This document shows, one piece after another, positions 30,353 to 40,607 of a DNA stretch of 64,000 bases. Positions within the stretch are counted from its first letter, which is position 1. Every line of letters starts with the position of its first letter. A program made the position numbers and the translations under genes. This DNA is from a virus (lineage: Duplodnaviria > Caudoviricetes), in IMG/VR virus record IMGVR_UViG_3300010340_001122, one strand, 5' to 3'. The notes below the pieces were generated by a model, which did no database searches, had not been told where the DNA came from, and saw only the letters and a program-made list of their open reading frames with translations.

Positions 30353-30402
30353 ATTAAACAAAGATAGGTGTATTTAATATATATGTAAAAAGGTATGTTA
30401 TT

Positions 30403-32118
30403 ATGGATTTAGATATATTTAGAAAAAACGATCCTTCTGGTAAATTAAATAAGGAATCTTACCTTTTCAAAAATCATACTGAAGAGTATAATTATATTAT
30501 TGATTATTGTAGGAAAAATGAAATATTTGATATTTCTTTCAAGGAAAAAGTTTATCTGTGTCTAAATAATATATCTAAAGTGCCTATCTGTAAAAATCCA
30601 AATTGCAATAAAAAAGTAAATTTTATAAATTCGACTTTGGGTTTCAGAGAATATTGTTCTAATAAATGTATATCATCTGATCCAGATATCAAAAAAATTA
30701 AAGAGATGAAATCTTTAGAAAAGTTTGGAACAAAAACTCCAGCTGAATCGAAATTAATAAAAGACAAAATAATTCAAACTAACCAATTAAAATATGGAGG
30801 TAATTCCCCTATGTCTTCGGAAAAGATTCAAGAAAAATCAAAAGAAACATTAATAGAGAATTGGGGAGTTGATAATCCTGCTAAATCAAGTAAAATTTTA
30901 GATAGAAGAATTGAGTCTTTCAAAAAAAGCAATTATAAAGAATCATATAGAAAAACTTCTATTGAAAAATATGGTGTTGATCATCCGTGGATGAATGAGG
31001 AAGTTCATAAAAAAACGATAGATTTCTTCTATAAGAGTTATAAGGAAAGAATTGAAAGTAAGATAAATCATGACCAATTTTTTTTTAAAGGATTTAAAAA
31101 AGATCTTTCAACCAATTTACAATTTCATTGCAATGAGTGTGGTGAAGATTTTGATATTTTAACCTGGCAATTTTATTACAGAAACAATTCAGGTAGAAGT
31201 ATCTGTACAAATTGTTTTCCAATTTCAGAAAATGCTTCTATTTCGCAATTAGAAGTTTTAAGATTTATTGAATCAAATTATAATGGTGAAATCATTTCAG
31301 ATTGTAAAGGTATTATAAACCCTTATGAAATAGATATTTATTTACCTGAACTTAAATTAGGATTTGAGTTTAATGGTGTTTGGTGGCATTCCGAGAAATT
31401 TAAAGGTGATAGTTATCATCAGAAAAAACATAAATTTGCGGAAGATAATAATATAAATTTATTTTCGATTTGGGAAGATGATTGGAATAGTAAAAGAGAA
31501 ATCTGTCAATCATTTATACTTAATAAACTAGGTAAAACTCAAAATAAAATCTGGGCTAGAAAATGCCAAATCGAAAATGTTTCTTATAATGATTCAAGAG
31601 ATTTTTTAATAAAAAATCACCTTCAGGGAGATTGTAAATCTTCGATTAGAATTGGTTTATATTTCAATAATGATTTAGTAAGTCTAATGACATTTTCTAA
31701 ATTAAGATTACCATTACAAAGACTAAAATCAAATCGTAAAGAAAATTACTATGAATTGACTAGATTTTGTAATAAAATAAATACTAATGTTGTTGGAGGA
31801 GCATCAAAAATATTGAAATATTTTATTCAAAATCATTCACCTATATCAATAGAAACTTATTCTGATAATTCAATTTCAAATGGTGGTCTTTATCAAACTT
31901 TAGAATTTACTTATCAACATACTTCAAAACCAGGATATTGGTATGTGATAGATGGTATAAGAAGTCATAGATTTAATTGGAGAAAACAAAAACTCCTTAA
32001 ACTTGGATATGATGCAAATAAAACAGAAGAAGAGATTATGTCTGAGCTTGGATATTATCGTGTTTATAATGCTGGTAATAAAAAATGGATTTTACAATTT
32101 CTTATTACCACCATGTAA
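30403..32118 (+). CDS. putative homing endonuclease (Zn ribbons, KYG repeats, PD-(D/E)XK domain, YEL.RFC C-terminal domain)
   Basis: CKNPNC..YCS..C; KYGVD repeats; YEIDIYLP..GFEFNGVWWH; IWEDDW; YELTRFC..VVGGASK. Confidence 0.75.
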   Translation: MDLDIFRKNDPSGKLNKESYLFKNHTEEYNYIIDYCRKNEIFDISFKEKVYLCLNNISKVPICKNPNCNKKVNFINSTLGFREYCSNKCISSDPDIKKIKEMKSLEKFGTKTPAESKLIKDKIIQTNQLKYGGNSPMSSEKIQEKSKETLIENWGVDNPAKSSKILDRRIESFKKSNYKESYRKTSIEKYGVDHPWMNEEVHKKTIDFFYKSYKERIESKINHDQFFFKGFKKDLSTNLQFHCNECGEDFDILTWQFYYRNNSGRSICTNCFPISENASISQLEVLRFIESNYNGEIISDCKGIINPYEIDIYLPELKLGFEFNGVWWHSEKFKGDSYHQKKHKFAEDNNINLFSIWEDDWNSKREICQSFILNKLGKTQNKIWARKCQIENVSYNDSRDFLIKNHLQGDCKSSIRIGLYFNNDLVSLMTFSKLRLPLQRLKSNRKENYYELTRFCNKINTNVVGGASKILKYFIQNHSPISIETYSDNSISNGGLYQTLEFTYQHTSKPGYWYVIDGIRSHRFNWRKQKLLKLGYDANKTEEEIMSELGYYRVYNAGNKKWILQFLITTM

Positions 32119-32390
32119 AATACTCACCATTTGTATCCTCAAGTATAATTGTATTTGAATTACAATTATCTTTATTATTGAATAAAATACCTTTTTTAGT
32201 GTCTAAAAACTTAAATGTGTCCATATATGGATATTCGTCAAACTTCCAATGGTCTAACTTTATTTTTAGATCATGTTTAACTTCACTTTTCCATAAGTTC
32301 TTAAATCCTTTTCCAACACACTAAAGATTGATACCATTTAAGTTTTTTGTTTCCAAAAGTCTCTACTATAATAGTCTCTGATAATATCAT
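32105..32390 (-). pseudogene. chimeric remnant: endonuclease-like 5' stub joined out of frame to the 3' part of another gene
   Basis: ATG at 32390 gives MILSETIIVETFGNKKLKWYQSL then an early stop; another frame reads CVGKG...YPYMDTFKFL...LEDTNGEYFTWW to TAA at 32105 with no start at its 5' end. Confidence 0.6.
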
Positions 32391-32441
32391 ATACTTATAT
32401 ATTGTATTCTTTAATCCTTCTAACGTCTTTAAGATATTTTA

Positions 32442-32690
32442 CTATTTGAATTTATTTACCATACTATTCATATTATTCATGTAAGAACTTGGATTAAAGT
32501 TAGGCATCGATTTTTGTTGTGAATCTTCTTCTTGCTTTCTTTGCTTTTCTTCATCTTCATTTAGTTCATTAACTATTTTAATATTTTCTTCTAACATCCA
32601 AAATGGCCATTCATCAATACAAAATTCATTTATATGATAATGTTTTTGTAAAAGAAGCTTATTCTTTAATAAAGGCTTCAAAGGCATCAT
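32442..32690 (-). CDS. gp51: baseplate hub assembly protein, gp51-like
   Basis: LLLQKHYHINEFCIDEWPFWMLEENIKIVNELNEDE; overlaps the 3' end of the gp26-like gene. Confidence 0.6.
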   Translation of the reverse strand: MMPLKPLLKNKLLLQKHYHINEFCIDEWPFWMLEENIKIVNELNEDEEKQRKQEEDSQQKSMPNFNPSSYMNNMNSMVNKFK

Positions 32691-33600
32691 GAACAACGAA
32701 AATACTTGACGCTCCGTTGGGAAATTGCATATCTGCACGTACCTCCTGACCGTTTATGTTCTTATATAATTCTTTGATACCAAATGTCATTTTACCGACA
32801 GCAGCATTTAAAAATTGAAATGAAATATCATCAAGATCTTCAAATTCTTTTAATTTTGCCTTAATTCCTTCATATGTTATAGATGATCTTCCATCAAGCA
32901 TAAAAGGTATAATTTTCAAAAATGCTAAGTTTGGAGTTCTGCTTTCATTATTTTCTTTAATAATATAATCAGTAAATGATTTTTGAATTCCAATATTTGG
33001 AGGAGTTAATTCAAATTCTTTATTATTAACTGTTTTGAAATTATAACAATTTTTTGATTTACTAAAGTATTTTTCGATTTTAGGATCAACTTCATGAAAT
33101 TTAAAGTTTTCTCGTTTAAGTTCAATTTGAACTTCATCAGAACCCGATTGAACAGTTACTGCTAAAGAACTTCCAGATTGGAATGTTAATTCTCTGATCA
33201 TAAAGATTAGATAAAGTCTATCTTGATCCTTAACATCTAAATAACTAGCTATATTTCCATTAGGATATTTTACACGTACACATGCTTGTAACATATCATT
33301 CATTTTTTCAACAATATCATAAAAATTATTATCATCTACCATTGAATATGCCTGGATTTCTTTAACTTGAGCAGGTCTTATCATTAGTAATGTACCAGTT
33401 GGGTAAAATTTACCACATGGTAAATCATTAACATCAAAATTAAAATATTGTAAATCAGTTGTTCTTGTTGAATCAATGGGTTGTTGTGTTGATATTTGAT
33501 TAATCATACTTTGAGCAGGATTAAAGTTAGACTTATTTCCTTTATCTTCTAAATGTTTTTTTAAAAAGTCTTCTTCCGACATTTCTTTATCATTTGACAT
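32659..33600 (-). CDS. gp26: baseplate hub/assembly chaperone, gp26-like
   Basis: LPCGKFYP..LMIRPAQVKE, D..DRLYLIFMIRELT; next to the gp51-like and tube genes. Confidence 0.6.
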   Translation of the reverse strand: MSNDKEMSEEDFLKKHLEDKGNKSNFNPAQSMINQISTQQPIDSTRTTDLQYFNFDVNDLPCGKFYPTGTLLMIRPAQVKEIQAYSMVDDNNFYDIVEKMNDMLQACVRVKYPNGNIASYLDVKDQDRLYLIFMIRELTFQSGSSLAVTVQSGSDEVQIELKRENFKFHEVDPKIEKYFSKSKNCYNFKTVNNKEFELTPPNIGIQKSFTDYIIKENNESRTPNLAFLKIIPFMLDGRSSITYEGIKAKLKEFEDLDDISFQFLNAAVGKMTFGIKELYKNINGQEVRADMQFPNGASSIFVVHDAFEAFIKE

Positions 33601-33797
33601 ATTTTGTGTTATTTTTTAGGTATATATAGTTATAGTTTAACTACCCATTATTGTTTTTTTAAAATATTGATAAATGGTAAAAAGTTGTTTTTATTTATCA
33701 ATATATATATAGAAAATAATTGTAATACAGGTATTAATAAATTAAATATATAATTTATAATTGCTTAGACAATTAAATAAAAAATAAAAAAAAGACT

Positions 33798-34424
33798 ATG
33801 CCTCTTCCACATTTTACTCAATTGCAGATGACTGGATCACCAGGTGGTCCTGGTACACAACCACAAGAACCAGTATATTTGAATCTATTTGAGATTACAT
33901 TTGTTCTTCCAACAATATTACAAGCTCAGGGTAGAGATCCCGTGTTGTTATTACAACAAGCATTGAGTGTTGATTTGAACTTAACAAATAAAACAATTGC
34001 AACATCTCAACAAAGATGGAAATATACAACTAGAGCTTTCCTAAATGCTGGTCCTGCTGAAACTCACGTAGATGACTTAGGTATCACATTTAATGTAAAC
34101 GTTAATAATAACGGTTCGATGGAGAGTTGGGCAGCTTTGAAAGCTTGGTATGATTTAGTTTGGAATTCACAAAACGGTTATTTACACTATAAAGCTGATA
34201 TTATTGGTACTATTATTGTTAATCAACATGATAAAAAAGGATTGGTTCTTAGAAGAGTTACTTTTCAGAATGCTCAGATTAAAAATTTAACAAGTCCATC
34301 ATTAACATATGAAGGGCAAGGTATTTTACAAAACATTACAGCTAATTTTGTTGCTGATTATTGGATTGATGAATATATTGATAATAATTTCACTATTTCA
34401 CCACCTTTTGTTTCAGGATATTAA
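33798..34424 (+). CDS. gp19: tail tube protein
   Basis: EPVYLNLFEITF, L.AWYDLV.N..G....KAD..GTIIV.Q.DKKG..LR. Confidence 0.8.
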   Translation: MPLPHFTQLQMTGSPGGPGTQPQEPVYLNLFEITFVLPTILQAQGRDPVLLLQQALSVDLNLTNKTIATSQQRWKYTTRAFLNAGPAETHVDDLGITFNVNVNNNGSMESWAALKAWYDLVWNSQNGYLHYKADIIGTIIVNQHDKKGLVLRRVTFQNAQIKNLTSPSLTYEGQGILQNITANFVADYWIDEYIDNNFTISPPFVSGY

Positions 34425-34440
34425 TTTTTTAAATTTCAAC

Positions 34441-34472
34441 AAAAAACCGATAGATTTCTATCGGTTTTTTTT
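34441..34472 (+). terminator. intrinsic terminator
   Basis: AAAAAACCGATAGA-TT-TCTATCGGTTTTTTT. Confidence 0.85.
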
Positions 34473-34523
34473 GTTGAACATATCCTCAGATTTTTCATAT
34501 AAATTGAAAATATAATTATATGA

Positions 34524-35633
34524 ATGAAAGTATTTATTACAACAGATTGGCATTTTGGGGTTTATGTTAATAATTTAGATAAATGGTTAAATATGATGGA
34601 AGATTATTTTTATAATTTTTTCATACCTTATTTAAAAGAAAATGTAAAAGATGGTGATATATTAGTACATTGTGGTGATCTTTATGATAACCGAACTTCG
34701 ATACCTATTATAGCCTCATATAAAGCTGAAAAAATATTAACCGAGATATCTAAAATATTACCAGTACATCTAATTGTTGGTAATCATGATTTATGGAATA
34801 AAGGGTCTAATGATATTAATTCAGTTCGTCTATTCAACTTTGTTGAAAATATTAATGTTTATACAGAAACATCAATAATTGAGGTCTTTGGTAGTAAGTT
34901 GGTATTAATGCCTTGGGTTGAGAAAAGATTAGATATGATTAAAGAACTTCAATCTAATTCAGGCGATTATTTATTCTGTCATAGTGATTTAAATGGATGT
35001 AGAATGCATTTAAATTCAGTTGCGCATAGAAATGCTGATAAGATAGATGTTGATGAATTTAATCGATTTAAACATGTATTTTCTGGACATATACATATTC
35101 GACAGACTAATAAAAACTTTACATTTGTGGGTTCCCCATATCAAATGGATAGAAATGATATGGGAGATCAAAAAGGAATATCTGTTTTAGATTTAGTTAG
35201 TGGTAAAATTCATTTTGAGCCTAACACACATTCTCCAATTTTTAGAAAGTTTCAAGTTGTTAATGAAGATGATATTGAAATGATAGAATCTTTAAAAGAC
35301 ACTAAGGATTATATTGATTTATCTATATCAAATAATTTATTAATCAATAATCGTAAATTAAGAAGAAAATTGGAAACAATATTAGAAACAGGTAATTTCG
35401 CTTCTGTTGAATATCTTGATGATATAGTTAAAACTGAAAAAGAAAAGAAAGAAAAAGAATTAACAGAAGAAGAATTGCAGATTTCAATTCAATTAGAATA
35501 TGAGGTGTTTATTAAAGGATATATTCAGAATCAAAATTATGTAAATGATTCTTTCAAAGAAGGTATTTTAGGAGAATTTGGTGAAGTTATTCGTATTTAT
35601 AATGAAAATTATAAAGTTAAAAGTGAATCTTAG
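34524..35633 (+). CDS. gp47: Mre11/SbcD-like recombination nuclease subunit
   Basis: TDWHFG, GDLYDNR, GNHD, FSGHIH, GSPYQ. Confidence 0.9.
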   Translation: MKVFITTDWHFGVYVNNLDKWLNMMEDYFYNFFIPYLKENVKDGDILVHCGDLYDNRTSIPIIASYKAEKILTEISKILPVHLIVGNHDLWNKGSNDINSVRLFNFVENINVYTETSIIEVFGSKLVLMPWVEKRLDMIKELQSNSGDYLFCHSDLNGCRMHLNSVAHRNADKIDVDEFNRFKHVFSGHIHIRQTNKNFTFVGSPYQMDRNDMGDQKGISVLDLVSGKIHFEPNTHSPIFRKFQVVNEDDIEMIESLKDTKDYIDLSISNNLLINNRKLRRKLETILETGNFASVEYLDDIVKTEKEKKEKELTEEELQISIQLEYEVFIKGYIQNQNYVNDSFKEGILGEFGEVIRIYNENYKVKSES

Positions 35634-36496
35634 ATAAGATCCACTTTTAAGTATTTTGAGTTAACCTCAATTTGTACAATACAATCAGGTATTATATCTA
35701 AGATACGATCTTGAGCTTCTTTTAAAAATACCATAGATTGAAACATTTTATCTGTTAAGTGAAATTTTGCAGAATCAAATTTCACCGTTTCTGTTCTACC
35801 ATAACTTTTACCATATGGTATTCTAACATCTATTCTTTGATCAATTACATCCAATCCATCTAAATAGAAAATATAAGAATTATTTTCTTTGGAAGATTCA
35901 ACATGATCTGAAATATCAATCAGTTCTAAAAAACAATCATTAATAGACTCCCATTTTTCGGAAATTTCAATACTTCGATAATACATCTCCTTTATCTTCT
36001 CACTTTCAAGAATTGAACTATATATTTGAGTTATTAAATTATTAGTTTCTGTTAAAATAATAAGATAATTTTGAGCGATAATAGTTAGATCGAGATAATG
36101 TGTTTCTGTCTCTTCATTTTTTGATATGGTAAAATAACAAGGGTGAATATTATAAAAAATGACCTTAGTTTCATAAGGTATGTTGTAGTAGTTGTATTCT
36201 TGATCATCGCCTATAATATATTTCCAATTTTTATATTGTTCTTCCGAAATAAGAGATCTTAGATGACAAGTATTATCTTTATTAATAATTATATTGTCAA
36301 ATTTTGCTGGAAAATATTTAGATGAGTGTGTTGATATTGGTATGTCAACTATAAATTTATATGAGGTATCAGATAACTTTTCAAATGAGTTGTGTGGTAT
36401 AATAGGAAACCATACCGGTTCAACTTTATCATCTTTTTGAGGAATAGTGGATTTTATAGGTTTGTTTTTAAACAAACCTCTAATAATAGAGAGCAT
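35630..36496 (-). CDS. hypothetical protein
   Basis: 288 aa ORF. Confidence 0.7.
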   Translation of the reverse strand: MLSIIRGLFKNKPIKSTIPQKDDKVEPVWFPIIPHNSFEKLSDTSYKFIVDIPISTHSSKYFPAKFDNIIINKDNTCHLRSLISEEQYKNWKYIIGDDQEYNYYNIPYETKVIFYNIHPCYFTISKNEETETHYLDLTIIAQNYLIILTETNNLITQIYSSILESEKIKEMYYRSIEISEKWESINDCFLELIDISDHVESSKENNSYIFYLDGLDVIDQRIDVRIPYGKSYGRTETVKFDSAKFHLTDKMFQSMVFLKEAQDRILDIIPDCIVQIEVNSKYLKVDLI

Positions 36497-36581
36497 AATT
36501 TTATATTTAAAAGTAAATATACTAAAAATAATAAGTATATTTACAAAAAATTATAATCGTTTTCTTTTTAATATATAATCA

Positions 36582-37433
36582 ATGAAACATCTTAAAAGAT
36601 TTGAGGAATTGGACCTCCTCGATCTTGATAAATATAGAAATTTTTTAAAAAAGTATCAAAAGACTGGATACATATCTACTTCCTCTGTTAAGAAATTAAA
36701 AGAATGGGGGTTAGATATTAGAGATTTTTCTCATGTTGAGAATCAAGTTATAAATTGTTTAGATTTTTTTAGAGTTGGTGATAGAGATTTATTTTCAGAT
36801 TATTTTATAGAAATAAAGGATAAATACCCTGATATATCATATTATTTATATTATTCTTTAAATGTAGAACCTTTAGGATCTACACATTGGTCTACATATA
36901 GTGGAACATTGGATAAATTTAATTTTATTGTTTCGGTGGATGAAAAAAATCTACCATCAATGAGGGGACCAAATATTGATAATAATATTAATATTATTGA
37001 TAAAGTAATATCCGGAATTGAAGATAGTCGTAAAAAAATCTATCAAAAGGGTAAAGATATGTTAAGTGGTAATGTTGTCAATAAAACAGCATTTGACACT
37101 TTTTTTGCAAAAAGTTATTTAAAATCAGGATCTTCAAATCAAATAGAGAATTGTAAAATATTACCAGTTATATCTATTAAAATATTTTTAAACACATATG
37201 ATGATGATGCTTGGGTTAATCATCAAGATGATTATGGAAATTATTATAAATTTATTAAAGAGAAACGAAAAGAGGCGGCTAATGATATTAAACTAAATTT
37301 AGATACAATTTTTAAATCATATTTTTATTCAATAGGTTATCCTAATATTAATTATAAAATAGAAAGGCCATGGGTCGGACACTATGATGATGGCGATATT
37401 GTTGATTTTAACATTAATTGTGAATTAAATTAA
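36582..37433 (+). CDS. hypothetical protein with N-terminal tag
   Basis: MKHLKRFEE; ATATATA-ATCA-ATG. Confidence 0.75.
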   Translation: MKHLKRFEELDLLDLDKYRNFLKKYQKTGYISTSSVKKLKEWGLDIRDFSHVENQVINCLDFFRVGDRDLFSDYFIEIKDKYPDISYYLYYSLNVEPLGSTHWSTYSGTLDKFNFIVSVDEKNLPSMRGPNIDNNINIIDKVISGIEDSRKKIYQKGKDMLSGNVVNKTAFDTFFAKSYLKSGSSNQIENCKILPVISIKIFLNTYDDDAWVNHQDDYGNYYKFIKEKRKEAANDIKLNLDTIFKSYFYSIGYPNINYKIERPWVGHYDDGDIVDFNINCELN

Positions 37434-37885
37434 TAAAATATATAATTACTTTTATTATCTATTCTTTTAACAACTAAATATAGACCGGGTACTTGACTAT
37501 ATTTAGTCGGATCTGTAAAAATATCAGAATTTATATCAGATTGATTTTTTTTATTTATAATATATCCGCTAACTCCATCCATATCACTATCAGTCAAAAA
37601 ATAAAGATTAGCTATGAATTCTTCGGAACTTAGGTGAGAATTGATATTCTCTAATTCATTTAGAAAGTCAAGTATAGAATCTTTATTAAGAGAAACCGCA
37701 AAAACTACCTTTATTTTTTCACTATCATTCCCTTTTACTATATGTTCTATTGATGTTGGAATAACTTCAATAAAATTTAAATCATTTAGTGTCGTTACTA
37801 TATCATCTATCATTTGAACTGTACTGGATGTATTATCATTTTTCTTTTTAAATAAATTTAAGAATCCTTCATATTTTTTAATCAT
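37430..37885 (-). CDS. hypothetical protein with N-terminal tag
   Basis: MIKKYEGFLNLF. Confidence 0.7.
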   Translation of the reverse strand: MIKKYEGFLNLFKKKNDNTSSTVQMIDDIVTTLNDLNFIEVIPTSIEHIVKGNDSEKIKVVFAVSLNKDSILDFLNELENINSHLSSEEFIANLYFLTDSDMDGVSGYIINKKNQSDINSDIFTDPTKYSQVPGLYLVVKRIDNKSNYIFY

Positions 37886-38154
37886 AACTTTTGTAATTTT
37901 ATTTTTAAATCACCGCTTCCTTTTATTAATCTATGATATATACCTTTAGGTATAAAAACTTTACCTTCAATTTTTATTGGTAGTTCATTGTCTAATTGAA
38001 ATTTCCAATTAGTTTCTTCAATAGATTCTATTATTCTATCCTCTCTATCACGGTGCCACATAAGAGATTCATCACCTATATCACTTTTAAAAATTCTTAT
38101 AGATTCATTTGAGTTTTTAATCTCCTCATTAAATGGTAGTGTCATATTTTCCAT
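37882..38154 (-). CDS. small cupin-like phage protein
   Basis: LMWHRDREDR..WKFQLDNELP..VFIPKGIYHRLIKG. Confidence 0.65.
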   Translation of the reverse strand: MENMTLPFNEEIKNSNESIRIFKSDIGDESLMWHRDREDRIIESIEETNWKFQLDNELPIKIEGKVFIPKGIYHRLIKGSGDLKIKLQKL

Positions 38155-38573
38155 AAAAATATTGATATTGTTCCTAAGTTAGATGTCATATAATTAATAC
38201 AATATTCTCTAATATTATTTAAATTAACACTATATACACTGACTCCTTTTTCGATAGTCATGCTATTTTTCCAACCTTGTGATTCCGTGTATTTAATACA
38301 ATCTTCAATTATTTTAATTATTTCTTGTATTTGCTTATAATCCGGTCTTATTCTAAGACATAAATAATCATTAAATCCTTTTTCAACTCCTGTATTTCTA
38401 TACCAATTCTCACCATATATCATATAAATGGTTTTACCAGTTATTTCATAGTCAGATCCTAAATCTACAATATCTAAAAGTCTATCTTCTAAATCTTCTT
38501 TGATATTATTTTCATTCTCGGTTAGATCTATTTTATAGTTTTCGAATAATTTATATGATATAATATTTTTCAT
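38142..38573 (-). CDS. hypothetical protein with N-terminal tag
   Basis: MKNIISYKLFENY. Confidence 0.7.
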   Translation of the reverse strand: MKNIISYKLFENYKIDLTENENNIKEDLEDRLLDIVDLGSDYEITGKTIYMIYGENWYRNTGVEKGFNDYLCLRIRPDYKQIQEIIKIIEDCIKYTESQGWKNSMTIEKGVSVYSVNLNNIREYCINYMTSNLGTISIFLWKI

Positions 38574-38929
38574 AACGTAAATATTAGATGTATATCTCTT
38601 TCTATTCCTTTGGAGTCTACTGTAATATCTTCAAAGTCAAATTCAATTTTAATATCTGGATATTCTTCTTTGACTCTATTAATACAAGACTTCAAATTAT
38701 TTGAGAAGTTGTATACCTCTTTTATATTTTCCTCGTAATAATCAAACATTGATGTCTTTTTTAAAATTGGTTCTTTTATGAAGATCTCATAATAGTCTTC
38801 TATTTCATCCACATCACCATCTCGATTAAATCCTTCAGCTCCCTCGTCTAAAAACTCTGAGAATATAAATTTTAAATATTGAATATCTAAACCTTGCGAA
38901 TTAGATTCATTAAATTTTTTAATTTTCAT
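38570..38929 (-). CDS. hypothetical protein with N-terminal tag, paralog A
   Basis: MKIKKFNES; near-identical to 39443-39817. Confidence 0.8.
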   Translation of the reverse strand: MKIKKFNESNSQGLDIQYLKFIFSEFLDEGAEGFNRDGDVDEIEDYYEIFIKEPILKKTSMFDYYEENIKEVYNFSNNLKSCINRVKEEYPDIKIEFDFEDITVDSKGIERDIHLIFTL

Positions 38930-39399
38930 GATATGATTATTTTATAATTTTCTTTAAATCTATCGATTTTACTTAACCAATTTTGTTTAAAATCACATTC
39001 TTTTACAAATTTTTGTATTCTTGGTTCTATATAAGTTAGTAAATTTCTTATCTGATTAACCAAAGCTGATGTCATTTTTGGATTTTTATATATTGAATTA
39101 ACATCTTTAGTTAATTCAGCATAATTCATTCCATTTATTAATGGTTGTCTTAGTCTTTGAGACATTAATATTAATTCTTTAGTTGCATTTTCATCAATTC
39201 CCATTTTAGTAACTTGTGATAGATTCAAAGTTATAAATATTCCAAAATCATATAGAAATTCATTCATAAATTTTTTATCAACAGATTCAACTGTATTTTT
39301 ACACAATTTGGTATAATCCAATTTACTTGTGATTTTATAATTTTTATGCATATAGGGAACATAATCATTAATTTCTTCAAAAAATTTTAAATATCTCAT
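38926..39399 (-). CDS. hypothetical protein with N-terminal tag
   Basis: MRYLKFFEE. Confidence 0.7.
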   Translation of the reverse strand: MRYLKFFEEINDYVPYMHKNYKITSKLDYTKLCKNTVESVDKKFMNEFLYDFGIFITLNLSQVTKMGIDENATKELILMSQRLRQPLINGMNYAELTKDVNSIYKNPKMTSALVNQIRNLLTYIEPRIQKFVKECDFKQNWLSKIDRFKENYKIIIS

Positions 39400-39442
39400 A
39401 ATAGTTTTATCATATTTTATATTATTTTTTAATTTTCATTTT

Positions 39443-39817
39443 TTAGATATGATTACTCAGTGTAAATATTAAATGTATATTTCTTTCTATCATTCCTTGT
39501 CGATCTATTTGAACATCTTCAAAGTCAAATTCAATTTTAATATCTGGATATTCTTCTTTGACTCTATTAATACAAGACTTCAAATTATTTGAGAAGTTGT
39601 ATACCTCTTTTATATTTTCCTCGTAATAATCAAACATTGAAGTATTTTTTAAGACAGGTTCTTTTATAAATATCTCATAATAGTCCTCTATTTCGTCCGT
39701 ATCTCCATCGCGATTAAATCCTTCGGCACCCTCATCTAAAAATTCCGAGAATATGAATTTAAAGTATTGAATATCTAACTCGTTAGAATTTGACTCGTTA
39801 AATTTTTTTATTTTCAT
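39443..39817 (-). CDS. hypothetical protein with N-terminal tag, paralog B
   Basis: MKIKKFNES; duplicate of 38570-38929 at 888-bp offset. Confidence 0.8.
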   Translation of the reverse strand: MKIKKFNESNSNELDIQYFKFIFSEFLDEGAEGFNRDGDTDEIEDYYEIFIKEPVLKNTSMFDYYEENIKEVYNFSNNLKSCINRVKEEYPDIKIEFDFEDVQIDRQGMIERNIHLIFTLSNHI

Positions 39818-39827
39818 AATTTATATA

Positions 39828-40604
39828 TTAATTGTAGAATGGTAATAAAATTTGATGATATCCTTCGTGATTATATGATGGTAATAATATTGCACAATCA
39901 AAATAGGATCCTAATCTTTTCATAAAATCAGTATTTTTTGTAAGTTTTCTTTTCATCCATGGCTTTTCAAAACTTGGAATCTTTATTATAACCGAATTAG
40001 ATTCATATGAGGCGATGGATGTTGTATTAATAATTTTAGAAGCTTTTGACATATACTCTTCATCTAAATCTTCGAAATCTGCTTGTAGTGCATCTAAAAT
40101 AAAATCTTTGTCCGTTTCGTTAAATTTTATTTTATTTGGTATTTCCCAAATAGTTCCTGTAATCATTTTTTTAACTTCTTGTCCTACATATATGTAGGAT
40201 AAATGAATATATTCTTGAGTATATAATTTGAAACGATTTTCTTTTTTATAAACATCTGTATAGTTTAAATAGTCATAATTAAATATAAATTTTTCAAGTT
40301 CTTTTCTATATCGATAACTATTTCGGCCTTCTAAAAAATAATTAGACCAATTAACATATTCGTTGCATATAAAGGTTATATCACCATCTTTTGATGAGTA
40401 TTCCAGTTCATCGATAAATTCGAATATTTCTTTCATCTTTAAAAATGTACCATAAGAAAACTCTAGATTGATACCACTTCTCGTTAATTTATTAGAATCT
40501 TTGAGAAGTGTGTATAAGTAATTAGAATAATATTTTAATTTATCAATTATTTCTGATTTAGATTGAACTCCTTCAAATATTTTATATGGTTTTAAATGTT
40601 TCAC
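39828..40604 (-). CDS. hypothetical protein with N-terminal tag (GTG start)
   Basis: MKHLKPYKIFEG; ATATATA-AATA-GTG. Confidence 0.75.
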   Translation of the reverse strand: MKHLKPYKIFEGVQSKSEIIDKLKYYSNYLYTLLKDSNKLTRSGINLEFSYGTFLKMKEIFEFIDELEYSSKDGDITFICNEYVNWSNYFLEGRNSYRYRKELEKFIFNYDYLNYTDVYKKENRFKLYTQEYIHLSYIYVGQEVKKMITGTIWEIPNKIKFNETDKDFILDALQADFEDLDEEYMSKASKIINTTSIASYESNSVIIKIPSFEKPWMKRKLTKNTDFMKRLGSYFDCAILLPSYNHEGYHQILLPFYN

Positions 40605-40607
40605 TAT

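Noticed and set aside
32085-32324. Plus-strand 79-aa ORF, and likewise 59444-59629
   Set aside because: Antisense shadows of the minus-strand remnants described above
32659-32738. Programmed frameshift fusing the gp26-like and gp51-like ORFs (G/GT style)
   Set aside because: The overlap would need a +1 shift, no clear slippery site is visible, and the downstream ORF has its own ATG-ATG; not excluded but unsupported
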